Made by a program: the position numbers and the translations under genes. From NCBI GenBank assembly GCA_001179505.1, contig CDMY01000989.1, forward strand, positions 164,310 through 228,309: a stretch of 64,000 bases of DNA, in the 5' to 3' direction. Under the pieces are notes generated by a model. The model did not search any database. It saw nothing but the letters and a program-made list of their open reading frames with translations, and was not told the DNA's origin. The first letter of the stretch is position 1, and every line of letters begins with the position of its first letter. This stretch comes from Vitrella brassicaformis CCMP3155 (taxonomy: Eukaryota; Protista; Chromerida). Of the stretch, positions 24,970 through 37,589 are shown piece by piece.

Positions 24970-27700
24970 ATGCCGTCGGGGATGAAAGGGCTGACAGTGT
25001 TTGTGGCGGACATTCGGAACTGCCCCAACAAGGAGGCCGAGCAGAAGCGCGTGGACAAGGAGCTCGCCAAGATACGCCAGAAGTTCACCAACAGCAAGAG
25101 CCTCTCCGGCTACGACCGCAAGAAGTACATCTGGAAGCTCCTATACGCCTTCATGCTCGGCTACGACATCGACTTTGGCCACATGGAGGCCGTCAACCTG
25201 GTCTCCTCCAACAAGTACAGCGAGAAGAACGCGGGGTACCTGGCCTGCAGCCTGCTGCTAAGCGAGAACTCGGAGATCCTCCGGCTCATCACAAACATGG
25301 TCAAGAACGACATCCTCCACGGCAACGAGCACCAGACCGCCCTGGCCCTCAACACCTGCGCCAACCTGGGTGGCGAGGAGTTCAGCGAGAACCTCTTCTC
25401 CGACATTGCCAAGCTCATCACCCCGGGGGCGTCCAGGCCCTCGTACATTCGGAGGAAGGCGTATGTGTGCCTCCTGAGGCTATACAGAAGGGACTACGAC
25501 ACCATCCAGCCTGACACCTGGGCGGCCAGGCTCGGACAGGTACGAGATGTTATGTGGTTGGGGCGATTGACTGGCGGAAGAGCCATCCATCCATCCATCC
25601 ATCAGTCGAGAGTGCGCGGATCAGATCAGCATTGTGGTTGGTTGGTGTGTGTTGTGTGTTGGATGGGCTGGTTGCAGGCGCTGCAGAGTGAAAAGGACAC
25701 CGGCGTGTTGACGTCGATGTGCAGTCTGATCCTGGGGGTGCTCGAGACCGACCCCAATGGCTGGGACGACCTCGTGCAGCCGGCCATTCTCACTCTCGCG
25801 AGGTGATCTGATCTATCCACGCAACAAAGACAGACAGACAGACATCGTGTGTGTGTGTGTTGTTTAGGGTGATGGGAGGCGACTGCCCGCCGTTTTATGT
25901 ATACTACTCTGTGCCGGCCCCGTGGCTGCAGATCAAGCTGCTGCGGATCCTCCAGTTCTTCCCCGCACCCACTAACACCACGTACGCCACGCCACCTCAC
26001 ACAGACAGACAGACAGACAGACGCTGCGTCGATGCACCGCACCCACACGAGTACGTGTGTGTGGGTATTAACGAATGTCAGTTTGCTGAACCGGATGAAC
26101 GACATTTTGTATCGCATTCTGTCCAAGCCGACTGTGAGCGCCCACGCCCCCCACCACCACGGCAAGAAGCGCACCAAGGCCGACGCAGAACGTCTTAACA
26201 GATCCAACACAGTGAGTAGTGAGGCACTCACTGATCTGATCCATCCATGAGTCCATCCATCCATGGTTCCATCGCAGGAGCACGCCGTTTTGTTTGAGGC
26301 GCTCAACCTGATCATCCACCTGGAGATGGACTGCGACCTCACCACCAAGAAAATGGCATCGAGCCTTCTCGGCAACTTCGTCGCATCAAAGGTCGGTCGG
26401 GTCGGCCACACGCACCAGACGCTCACACGGGGGGAACGGAATGGACGCTCTCCTTGCACGCGCATCTCTGTGCTGTGTGTGTGTGTCTGTATGTTTCTGT
26501 GTGCGTCAGGAGGCCAACATTCGCTATTTGGGTTTGGAGACGATGGCGCGTTTGGCATCGGACCCCGACGTGCTGCCGCAGCTGAAGCGGCACACGGAGC
26601 TCATCATCGGGCAGCTGCAGGAACCTGACATCTCAATCAGGAGACAGGTGAGTGACGGGCATATGCACACGCGCAAAGTCATCCCTCTCCCTCTCTCTCC
26701 CTCTCTCTCTCTCTCTGTGTGTGTCTGTGTGTGTGTGAAGGCGTTGAATCTGCTGTACGGCATATGTGACCGCGACAACTGGCAGCAGATCGTGGACGAG
26801 CTCCTCGAGATCCTCAAGGGCTCAGACGTCCTCATGCAGGAGGAACTCGTTCTCAAGATCGCCATACTCGCCGAGCGAAACGCACCAGACTACACCTGGT
26901 AAGTCGGTCAGCCACACACACACACACCGACCCCCCCTCCCTCTCTGTGCAGGTGTGTCTGTGTGTGTGTGTGTGTGTGTTGAAGGTACGTGGATGTGGT
27001 GTTCAAGATGATCGAGTATGCGCCCGAGGTGGTGTCTGACGAGATCTGGTACCGAGTGGTGCAGGTCGTCACGGGATTCGACGACAACACCGACAACGCT
27101 GAGCTGCAGGTGGGCACACACACACACACACACACACAGGTGTTGACCATGTGGTGTGTATAGTGTGGTGTGGTGTGGTGTGTTGTGTTTCATTCAGCAA
27201 TACGCGGCCAAGAAGGCGATAGAGTATCTGAATGACAGGTTCGCCGACGAGACCATGGTCAGGTGAGTGTCAGTGAGTCAGTCAGTCAGCTGCAGGCATA
27301 GTGCACACACCTCTCACCGCACTGCAGGGCGAGGCGTTTGCCTCTGTCTGCCCACGTGTCTGTGTCTTTCATGGATGCGATGCGTCGTGCGGTGGGTGTG
27401 GTGTGGTGTGTTATGCAGGCTGGGGGCCTACCTGATAGGCGAGTTTGGCCACCACCTGCAGAGCCAACTCTCAAGTAACTAACCAAAACCAGCCCCCTTC
27501 CCTCCCAGCCTCTCTATCCATCCATCCATTCATCCCTCTCTCCCTCTGTGTGTGTGTGTGTGTGTGTGTGCACCAGCGTCGCGTCAGTTCCAGACGCTTC
27601 ACCGGCACTTCCCCAGGGTGGGCTCCTCCACTCGGTGCATCCTGCTGCTCGCATACGCCAAACTCCTCAACGCTGATGAAGATGTCTCGGAAGAGGTACA

Positions 27701-27735
<35 letters not shown>

Positions 27736-30370
27736 GGAGAGAGAGAGACAGATGCCGCGTATCTGGCGTGTGTGTGTTTGTGTGTGCGATAGGTGTTGGC
27801 AGTGTTGGAGGAGCAGCAGGACTCGGTTGACCCCGACCTGCAGCAGAGGGCTGTGGAGCTCTACAGGCTCTGCAACGAAAGCACCGCTACCATGGAAAAC
27901 GTCCTCGGTACGTGTCTGTGTGAACCATGGATGGATGGATGTGTCGGTGTCTGTCTGTGCGCAGCGATGATGCCCGTCTTCAGCGAGAAGATCCAGAGCA
28001 ACAACCCCCTCATCAGACGAATGAAACAAGCCTCAAAGTCACGGTACGCAAAATACCACTGCCTCTTACCCATATGGTATGCTTATGTGAGTGCCCTCCC
28101 TCTCTGCGTTGCCTGCCTGCCTGCCTGTCTGCAGTGCCGCCCCCCGTCAGCAGCTGGAGGAGGCGGCCAAGACGGAGGGTGTGCTCTTCAAGACCGGCGT
28201 GGGCCCCGCAGCCAAGGCAGAGGAAGACGACGATCACGAAGAAGAGGAGGAGGAGGAACAGGACGAGCGAAACGGGTGAGTGTGGTGTGGTCCTCTCCCC
28301 CTCCCCCTCCTCCTGGCCGTGACCCCCCCCCACACACGGACACATTGAGTGTTGATGTGGCAAAGGATTTACTGGTGGATTTCTTTGTTTATTTGTTTGT
28401 TCAGCCGCCGTGATGAGCACGATGAAGATGAAGAAGAGGACGAAGAAGAGGAGGAGGAGGACGAAGAAGAAGAGGAAGGTCAACTACCGCCCCACGCCGC
28501 CCCACCCCACCCACACACCACACACATCACATACACGCCATTCTCGCCCCCCTCTGTGTGTGTGTGTGTGTGTGTGCAGAGGAGGAAGAGGATCGTCGGA
28601 ACGGCCCACGGTCAAGGGGGGCTGCTGGTGGCGGTGGGAGGGGCCGGGGAGAGGCTGACAGCGGCCCTGCGGGCGGTGGGCTGCAGCTGCCCCCCACTGC
28701 GCCAGGGGACATTCAGGGAATGTGGAAGAACCTGTGCATCACTCCGCAAGGTACGTCTGTGCGCCCTGCACGTGTGTGTCGGCAGTGAATGTGCTGTGTG
28801 TGTGTGTGTCAGGTCCGATGTTCCAGTCGAACTCGTTGGTCATTCAGCTGCGGCACGAGTACAGGCTCAACCAGGGCCGCATCGCCATCAACTACGCCAA
28901 CAAGAGCCCAAACGTCGTCGTACAATTCCCCAGGTAGATAGAAAGAAAGCATCACACCCACACATCCACACACACATGGGAGGGACATCCCTCATGTCGG
29001 TCTGTCTCCTGTCTGTCTGTCTGTCTGTCTGTCGGTCTATCTACGGTGCAGCGTCACCATCTCTGAAGCGCCGTTTATGAGGCACCAAGCGTCAAAGGTG
29101 AGATAGTGAGTGACCCATGCCATTACGCACATTACAGCTAATCATTGCCCTGGCGTGTGCATCTGCCTGTGTCTGTCATTGATGTGCCTGCCACACAGCC
29201 GCCGGATGTGCTGCGTCCCGGGGAGACGTACACCCATCAGGTGATGGTCGACTGCCTGCAGCCGTACCTCAACCCGCCTAAATACATCGTCAACTGCGTC
29301 TTACAAACCCCACAAGTAAGTATCACACACGCACATACACGGATGGATGTCAGGTGCCGTCACGCTTGCCTCTCTGTCTGTCTGTCTGTCTGTCTGTGTG
29401 TCAACGAATGACCAGGGCCCGCCGAGCAACCAGAATCTGCCCTTCACTCTGCCGGTGTGTCTGACCAAGTTCTTCTCGCCCGCCAGCCTGTCAGCGGAGC
29501 AGTTCACGAGCTACTGGGAGAGCATGTCGGGGCCGGGCAGGGAAATGCAGCTCATGGGGCCGCTCGCCAGCGGCTTTGTGGCCGACGTCCAGAGGGCAGC
29601 CGGGGCGCCACAGCAGCTGAGTCCGCAGGCCATCATGCAGCGCTTTAATGCCTATCTCTCGCAGGGCTTCAACCTCGCCATCATCCCACTGTCCAACGTA
29701 TGTGTGTGTGGGAGGGGGAAGGGGCGATTGTGGTGTGTGGATTCCTCTCGCTGCCGTGTGTGTGGTGTGACTGATTTCATTGGTCAGGCGCCCGGCGTTT
29801 TGTTTGGCGCCGCCACTTTCCACACGGGCACACCCCAACCGGTGGGCGGGGTGGGTGACAGGAGAGAGGCAGCCCAGCCATCAATGAGCTGTCTCTCTCT
29901 GTGGGGGCGTGCGTCCCGTCCGTGTGTCACTCACTCCCTGACGGTGTGTGTGGTTGTCTGCTTGCTCTGCCTGTCCTGTCCTGTGTGCCAACAGAATGAC
30001 CCCAGCAAGAAGGTTGTGGTGGCCTGCATGATGAAGCTCGAGCTCGACCCATCGCGGTAAGTAAGGTACCGTACCCACACATAGACGTCAGTCACACGAC
30101 AGACAAGACACACAGCCACTGAAATGTGAAGTGAGTGGATGGCCTCACTGTCTGTCTGTCTGTCTGTGTCTGTCGGTCTGCTTCGTGTGTGTTGTTCGGT
30201 TCGATGGATCGACCAGCATGATGGCGCGGCTGACAGCCCGCACGGCCCACCCCCAGGTGACGACATCCTTCGCCCAGATCCTTGCAGCATACTTCATCAC
30301 ACCACAGCAGCAGCAACAACAGCAGCCAGAGCAGACGCCCCAGCAGCCGCAGACCGCATCGCTCATCTAG
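24970..30370 (+). CDS. AP2A: AP-2 adaptor complex alpha subunit (alpha-adaptin), multi-exon
   Basis: MKGLTVFVADIRNC..EAEQKRVDKELAKIRQKF..YDRKKYIWKLLYAFMLGYDIDFGHMEAVNLVSSNKYSEKNAGY; PAPWLQIKLLRILQ; EANIRYLGLE; DISIRR|ALNLLY; DLQQRAVE; then an acidic hinge and appendage exons. Stop at 30368-30370. Confidence 0.97.
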
Positions 30371-31355
30371 ACCTGGACGGGACGATGGGGGGATGAATGG
30401 ATGGCCCGAGATGGGATGGGCGCTGCCGCCTTGTCAGTCAACGGATTGATGGGAAGGATGTGTGTGTGTGTGTGTGTGTCAGTACGTCAATTCAGCTAAC
30501 TTTATGTGTGTCTCTCATGAGAGAGAGTGTGTGTGTGTTTAAGGCAAGGCGACCTCAGCTCCGTGGAGTCAGTCGTGACAGACAGCCAATGGATCGATGT
30601 GATGCGTGCTGCTCAAGAAGTGTACGGTGATTGCATTGCTGTCCATTCCCTGCACACATGAATAAACAATGCTCCATCAGCACACACAGGCCGGCTGTAG
30701 CGGTCAGATGAGGGCACACACTTGTGGCGAACCACGAGTCTGACCACACATTTAGATGCGAGAAGCGGACAGATGCACGACCGATACTGCATGACACACC
30801 GATGCACCCACAGTGGAACAGTCGTCAATTTGAAGAGATGATAACCGTAACACTCGTCTGTGCTTTGAAGAGATGATTGTTCAATCGCAGATATACACGT
30901 CCATGGCCAGAGAATAGAATGACTCGCCTCGACGCTCTCAATTCACCGGAGAAGCGGCCATCTGCTCACTATCTGCCTCACACTTTGTTGCTGCCAGACA
31001 GTTCCTGTTGGCTGCGACACCAACCAACACGTAACCAATGCGTAAACAACTACGAGAGAGACCGAGCACAATATAAAATGTAGGCAGTGATTCCCCTTGG
31101 GGCCACTCACACAGACAGACAGAACGAGACGGACAAGGGCTCGAGACATATCAACATATGTACAGCAGTCAGAAGGACCGACCACAGGCACAAGCCAGAC
31201 GACCGACCGACCCGCAGGTACACTGACTGATAGGGAGTACGAGCAAGCAGGCAGAGCAGGCAGGCTTATCAAAACGCACGCCCGAATTCGGTCTGGATGT
31301 CGAGCTATCCGTCCAACAGGCCGCCCCTCTCCCTCCCTCTCTCTCTCTCCTCCCC

Positions 31356-31386
<31 letters not shown>

Positions 31387-31497
31387 ATGAACAACATGAA
31401 TAGGCTACCTGTCGATCTCTCTCTCTCCCCTCTCCCCCCCTCGGCTACATCACATTACCCCTCTCGCATTTGGTTCTTGTGTTGGTGGCGCCCCCAC

Positions 31498-32620
31498 TCA
31501 CGCGCCTCTGCCCCTGCCCCTCCCTGCCGCATCAGCGCTCGGCGGCGTCACCACCGGCTGCCCCTCGGTTGGCGCATTCTCCTCCTCCTCGGCGCCCTGG
31601 CTGCCGTCTCGGTCGACCTTGGCAGCAGCGAAGAGGGAGAGGAGTCCGAAAGTCAGCGATCCGGGCAACTCTGACCCACACCACTCTACACACCACTCTA
31701 CACACACCACTGCCCGCCGTTCAGTTGCTGCCGCCCCTCCGCGCCGCCGCCCGTGTGTTGGGCTTGGCCTCCACCTGCAACCTGCGGAAGGTATCCGACA
31801 GGCGCAGGTGGCCGAGCGTGTTGCGGTCCGTGCAGTAGCGGGCAGCATTGCGAAGGCGGCGCTCGACGAAGGACGACTCGCCCTCGTTGCCGCGGCGGGG
31901 GCAGGGGTTCTCCTTCTCAAACCTGAAGAACATACAGCCAACGCATACACCCGTCGCCCATCGGTCCAGATTAATTTGTGCCTTTCATGATTCGCTAACT
32001 TGTCCAGCACGTGGTCGAGTTGGGCGTTGGTGAAGTCCCAGCCCTGCGGCACTTTGCCGTCGCTGCCGGCCACTCCGAAGAGCGCCGGCAGCAGGCCGAG
32101 GCCGCGGGCAGGGTCCGACAACAACCACGCCATACTCAGCACCTCCTCACTCCACTGCCCCCTGACCACACAACAGACACACACACAGACAGACGATGAC
32201 TGATTGATTGCTCGACTGACGACTCCCGTGGCGCCCTCACACTTACGGGAGGAGGGGACCGTCGTCGAGGATGCCGCTGATGAAGGGCGCGTACGTCTCC
32301 TTGTCGATGTGGCTGTTCGCCACCTTGTCCCTCGCCCTCTGCACCCTCTCCTCCTCTCCTTCCTCCTCCTCCTGCCTCTTGGTGGCGTTATCATCGTCGC
32401 GTGACGGGCGGTCTTCTCCTCGCAGCTCGGCCGTCTCTTGGTGGTCCAGGCCGAACAGCTCCTTGATGGTGCCATATCGGCCCGGCAGCTTGATGTCAGG
32501 CTGGCAGTCGACGGTCCTAATCCACCAGTGCCCACCTGCTTTGTAGAGTCCTACACACCCGTCGACGATGACAGGTTGCAGCCCCGACTCTTGAATGATC
32601 AGGCAGATGGGCACCACTAC
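31498..32620 (-). CDS. Hypothetical protein (partial); its upstream exons may include repeat copy B
   Basis: GC3-rich exon-like segments (IKLPGRYGTIKELFGLD.., WSEEVLSMAWLLSDPARGLG.., FEKENPCPRRG..) bounded by splice-like sites. No family recognised. Confidence 0.4.
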
Positions 32621-32715
32621 ACACCACCATCAGATAATTATGCACCACTCCCACCTGAGACGAACACACATACAGATACGACAGAGGGTTCCTCTTTTGC
32701 ACTGCACCCATACAT

Positions 32716-33112
32716 GCATCTGTGCATACACGCGGCCAGGTCTTACTTTGGGCAGACGCGCCAGATGATGATGAGGGTGTCGATAAAAACCCACAAAAAA
32801 TAAAGGGGCCCTTGGTGTGCGTCTGGCCGTCACCTCGGGGTAGTCCAACACATGGGGGATGACGCTCTCGAGCTGGAGGGTGACGTGCTCGTTGGTGCGG
32901 TGGTTGCCGGCGCTAAACCACAGGAATCCCACAAAGCCATGGGGTGCATCATCGCTGCGGGTCCGCTTCTCATCTGGCTTCTCCTCGTGGTCCTTCTTTA
33001 TCTTGTATCAGCTTCATGCAGCGTTCGCCTTTGGGAGGCATGGCGGCACGATGGCAGCAGCAGCAGGTGGCGAATGCAGCAGTGCAGCAGCTGGAAGAGG
33101 ATGCGCACAACT
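32716..33112 (-). repeat. Copy B of the diverged inverted repeat (partner of 20943-21362)
   Basis: Its reverse complement matches copy A. It lacks a ~24-nt segment of A (FSEIFGYVLHF) and is frameshifted near its 3' end. Confidence 0.9.
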
Positions 33113-33727
33113 GAGAGGTCGATGCAGCCATGACATTGTCTCAAGAAAGTCGTCTCGCCGTCTCCATTCTCGCCGCCAGCTCAAATTCTCGCCGCCGGCT
33201 AAGATCGTCCGAATTCAACGACCGCATCGCTGCCCACATGCAGCCACGTACCCAGATGCGGGAAAGACGTACAAGGGCCAAAGGTAAGCCGTACAAATGT
33301 GTGTGAATCGTTTCGGTGATCATGCAGCAGTCTGAGATCGTGTGTCGATCGAGGGAGCATTCTTCTCGCTCCACTTTGCCACAAGATGGCATCTTCACGC
33401 ATCATCCGGCCCTGGCCCGGAGTGACGACTTGAGTCTCTTTTGGGGCAAGACTGAGTGAGTCGGGGCGGTATGTCCGCGTCCGTCTCTTGATTATCTGCC
33501 TACATGCCACTGAAGGGTTCTGCCTACCATATGCTCCACTGAATTGATCAATCAAGACGTTATTCACCACACAAGTCAGTGATCGATCACTGATGTATCT
33601 CACAAATACGAAGTAAGCAACCGCCCTTCAACACACTCACACGGACAGCAGCCGGCAAAAGCAAATATTCCGTCTGTCCGTCCGGGAAGCAGCCACACCC
33701 ACACCCGCGATTGCCGACCAGACTGAG

Positions 33728-34449
33728 TCAGATGAGCAGTTGTTCGATGGTGTCCTTGAGGTCAGTGATCTGTGAGTTGAGGTTGCTGCCCTCCTTGGAG
33801 ATGACCGAACACGCTATCACCGGCCGAGTCACACCTGCCGCACGACCCAACGCCACCTTCGACCGCACAAAGACATACGGCACGTTCTGAACCCAACCCA
33901 CACACAGACACAGAGAGAAAGACAGAGAAGCAACCAACAGACGAACGAATGCACACCTCTCTCCTCTCCTTGCGTCTCCAGTTTGTTCTAGCTGCTTCTC
34001 TGCAGTTGCCTTGCTGAGTGGCTGACCTTGTCTTCGCACACAAGCGGCAAGTGCAGGAGGATCTCGAGAGGCTCCGCGTCGGCCGCAAGGATGATCAACT
34101 CGCTCGTCCCGCGATTCAGCGTCTTGGTGGCTGATGAATGGACGCACCGGAAGTCACAGACCATCACACACTCATCCCGTCGCTCAAGGAGTGTCTGTCA
34201 CCCATGCCGTATATCCATTCACAGCGTATGTACCTTCGTTTGCTCCCTTTTTGAGTTGCTTGTAGTTGACGGCCTGCTGCACGACATCGAGGATCTTCTT
34301 GGTGACGTCGGGGTTGGCCAGAGGATAGGCCTTGGGGTTCACCTGGTGGCCAAACAGAACAAACAGGTGAGGCAAACACATGCACATACATGCTATGCTG
34401 CGTGGATGTCCGCATTCACTGTGGCCTTTCTCACCTCCTCGTCATCCAT
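33728..34449 (-). CDS. SNU13: Snu13/15.5K (NHP2L1), L7Ae-family box C/D and U4 snRNP protein
   Basis: Spliced MDDEE|[36 protein letters not shown]|[35 protein letters not shown]|[37 protein letters not shown]. Confidence 0.97.
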
Positions 34450-34750
34450 GGCTGCGGCTGCGGCTGCTCACTCACAATTCGGTCAGTCAATGTGCTGACT
34501 GCCTGATCTTCCGAACGGATGTATCGTCAATGAGAGGCATCAAACACACAGATCCTTCCCAGCGGTTTTTTGAGCTCGCCAAATGCGAGCTGAGAAAACC
34601 AGCAGCGCTTTCAACCAACAGCACTCCAAGGAATTTGGTAGCGGGATGAGGACGCGGTGTGCTGAGACGACTGCCTCCTGCGCAGATTCAGATGCAGAGC
34701 CATGCAGCAGTCGGAGATCTCATCCCTGCAGATCTCGTCCTGTGAGGCCC

Positions 34751-36712
34751 ATGTTAGCCTCCCTCCTCTGCCTGCTATCGGCGCTCCCCTCCCTCCTTCA
34801 TGCCTTTCAGCCTCCAGCCAGCGTCTCGAGGTCACCTCTCGCGCGGACCCTGATGCGCAGATGGGCCAAGCCAGCGACGGCCGTCGACGCGCCTGCAGCT
34901 CCCGCCGCTGCCTCGACAGACGGCAAGCCGCGGCTGCGCAAGACACGGCAGGAGATAGAGGACGTATTTGCCCCGTTTGTTGAGAACTGGTTCGACGGCC
35001 GTCCCAACACGAAGCTCTATGAGAGGGACGTCATCACTGCCAAGGACATGCTGTCGCGGCAGCAGCGCATCCAGGCGGTGCTCAAGGAGGAGAAGGAGCG
35101 GCAGGAGGCGGCCGGCGACGGCCGGGCTGAGCTGGTGCACACGGCCGAGGAGGCGGGGACGCGCTATGACCTGCACATCCTGCCCGACTATGACCACCCC
35201 CCGCCGACCTTCGAGGAGCAGGCGAAGAGCTACCCCAATGGCACCTTTGCTGAGGTGTGGCAAGACCACCAGAAGATGGAGCAGAGGAAGGCAGACGAAA
35301 TGCAGGTAAGATAGGAAGCGCACCACATGCGATGCGTTGGTTCTCCTGCAGCGCATCACGGCTCGGTGTGTCCATGCGTGTGCACAGGAGGGCCCGACGG
35401 CAGTGGAGCGGTTTTTGTTCAGCAGCGGTTTTGAGGGCGTGCGGCAGTACCTCAACAGCAACCTGTTTGTTGGTGTGGAGCTGCTGCTGCTCTTCCTGTT
35501 CTTCTCGTCTGTGGACTGCGGCTGGACGGGCGACTGGTCCATGCTCGGCTGGCTCACCAACGACGTGGAGGCATACGCAAGACAGGTAGTCCTGAACCTT
35601 TGTGCGCAATGGTGCTGGTCTGGTGTGGTGGTGCATCCGTGGGGGTGTGCGGTGCGTGTCTGTGTCTGTCCAGACGGTGTATGCCTTGTTGGGTATTCGG
35701 TTGTTCGCTGCCCCCGTGTCTGCCTTCCTCGCCGTCAGCAAGGGACTCGACTGGCGCGTCAACGCTGCCAGGACATTCCTCTTCGGTGTCGCCGACATGA
35801 TGAGGGGTACACACCGCACCCTCAACAAACCCGAACTGAAATGTGGTTGATATATCGCCTGTGTGTGTATGTGTGGCTGCAGTTGGTCTGGCTGACGACA
35901 AGGAGACCCGTGAGTATAAGCGGTTCAGGGAGACAGAGCCCCTTCACGACATCTTCACCAGCGACCAACTCCTGGACAAGTGAGACAGAAACGAGTGCAC
36001 ACGCATGGGTGTTGTCTGGTTTATATCTGTGTGGGACGTCAGTGTGTCTGAGCGCGGTTTGATGCTGAGTATGGTGCTCAAGTCTCGCAAGGAGAAGGCA
36101 CCGGTCACACAGGAGCTCGTCAGGAAATACTACGAATAGTAAACCACACACACAGACAGCATAGCATAGCATTTGCGACACACGTGTGGTTTGTGTCGAT
36201 ATATCAGCGTGAAGCAGGTGGATGTGGAGACGATGCACACGGTGTCGGCCATCAACGTCAACCAGGACCCGAGAGGGCGGCTCGACTTCATCATTGTGGA
36301 GCGATTCGCAGACATCCCACACCTCATCAGACACCAAAACGAGCCCGCCTTCAAGGCAAGCACACAGACACTTGGCAATCGATGGACTGTACGTGTGTGT
36401 GTATGAGACGATGTGTGTACGTATGTGTGTGTGCAGTCGTTTGTGGCGGCGCTGCAGGATGATGACTGTCTAGAGGAGCCCATCAACCTGCACATCGTCG
36501 GAGACGCTGACGGACAGGTCCAAATCAACAGGTACGCGCATACACACACACAGAGAGAGAGACCCGCACACACACACAGACCCATCTACTGTCTTGTGTG
36601 TGTGTCTCCCTTTCTTCCTTCCGTCAGGTATCCGTTTGGCCCTGGCGGTGAGGGCGGCCGTGACGACGCCCTCTTCTCGTCGCCCATCAACCTTAACGCC
36701 AGGCAGCATTAG
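34751..36712 (+). CDS. Hypothetical, probably plastid-targeted membrane protein, multi-exon
   Basis: Signal peptide MLASLLCLLSALPSLLHA-F followed by an S/R/A-rich transit-like segment. Two hydrophobic helices flank DCGWTGDWSMLG. Consistent exon phases run to TAG at 36710-36712. Confidence 0.6.
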
Positions 36713-37589
36713 CGGATTTTTGTGTACATAGCAGACAGACCTGGACGGATGGCAGATAGATAGACAGGATAGGATATCTACATGGGCGGATTACGATTTT
36801 TGTACCGACCGATGATTGGTTGCAGCTGCGAGGGAGGGAGACATTACCTCACTTTGACATGTGTGGTGACACACACAGTATCCACTTGTTCAGGCAGCCC
36901 TGCGCGCCGTTTCGCACCGTTTTGCCCCAGGCACGAAGTGCAGCGGTCGATGTGTCTCACTGCCACGCAATGCATACCCAGCCTGTCTTTCTGAGTGAGT
37001 GAGTGAGTGAGTGAGTGACGCGCAGGCATTTGTTTTCCTTGGGCGGCCATCCACACGCACACACACAGACACACATATACAAACACGCAGTGTTGGCGAG
37101 AGTGATTTTTTCCCCACTGGGTTACCTTACTACCACCATGTGGCTTGGAGTGTAGTGTCTCTGGAGCTGATTGGCGCTGCTGTCCTTGGTTCACACACAG
37201 ATGCGCCACACGGCACGATGTGCCTGCGTGTGTGTGAGAGGGGGCAGCCAGCTATGCTATGGCTGGCCGGCCGGCTGTGCATGTCCGTCGCCATGTTGTC
37301 TTTTCGCGTGCAGCCGCTGCTGCTTAGCCTAGCCTGCATATCAACTGCGTGCACTCATCACTCTCTGACTGATGAAGGGAACAAACGAATGCCACGCGTC
37401 GCGTGTCTATCGTATGTATGTCCAGTCCAACACATAATATGCCTGCCATGCTGCTGCCAGCCACATTGAATACATCACTAGCCATCACTCTGAGAGCGCA
37501 GCGCTGTCACGACCTTGTGTCTGTCTAATGACGCAGTACAAAGCAGAAAATCCTACCGATGAGCACACAAACGGCTTAGCTGCCCATCA

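Noticed and set aside
31498-32620. RPA32/STN1-like identity for the hypothetical gene
   Set aside because: No convincing OB-fold motif on close reading, so it is left as hypothetical.
20943-33112. An intact DNA transposon defined by the inverted repeats
   Set aside because: No transposase lies between them, the repeats are diverged and look like coding exons, and no target-site duplication was identified.
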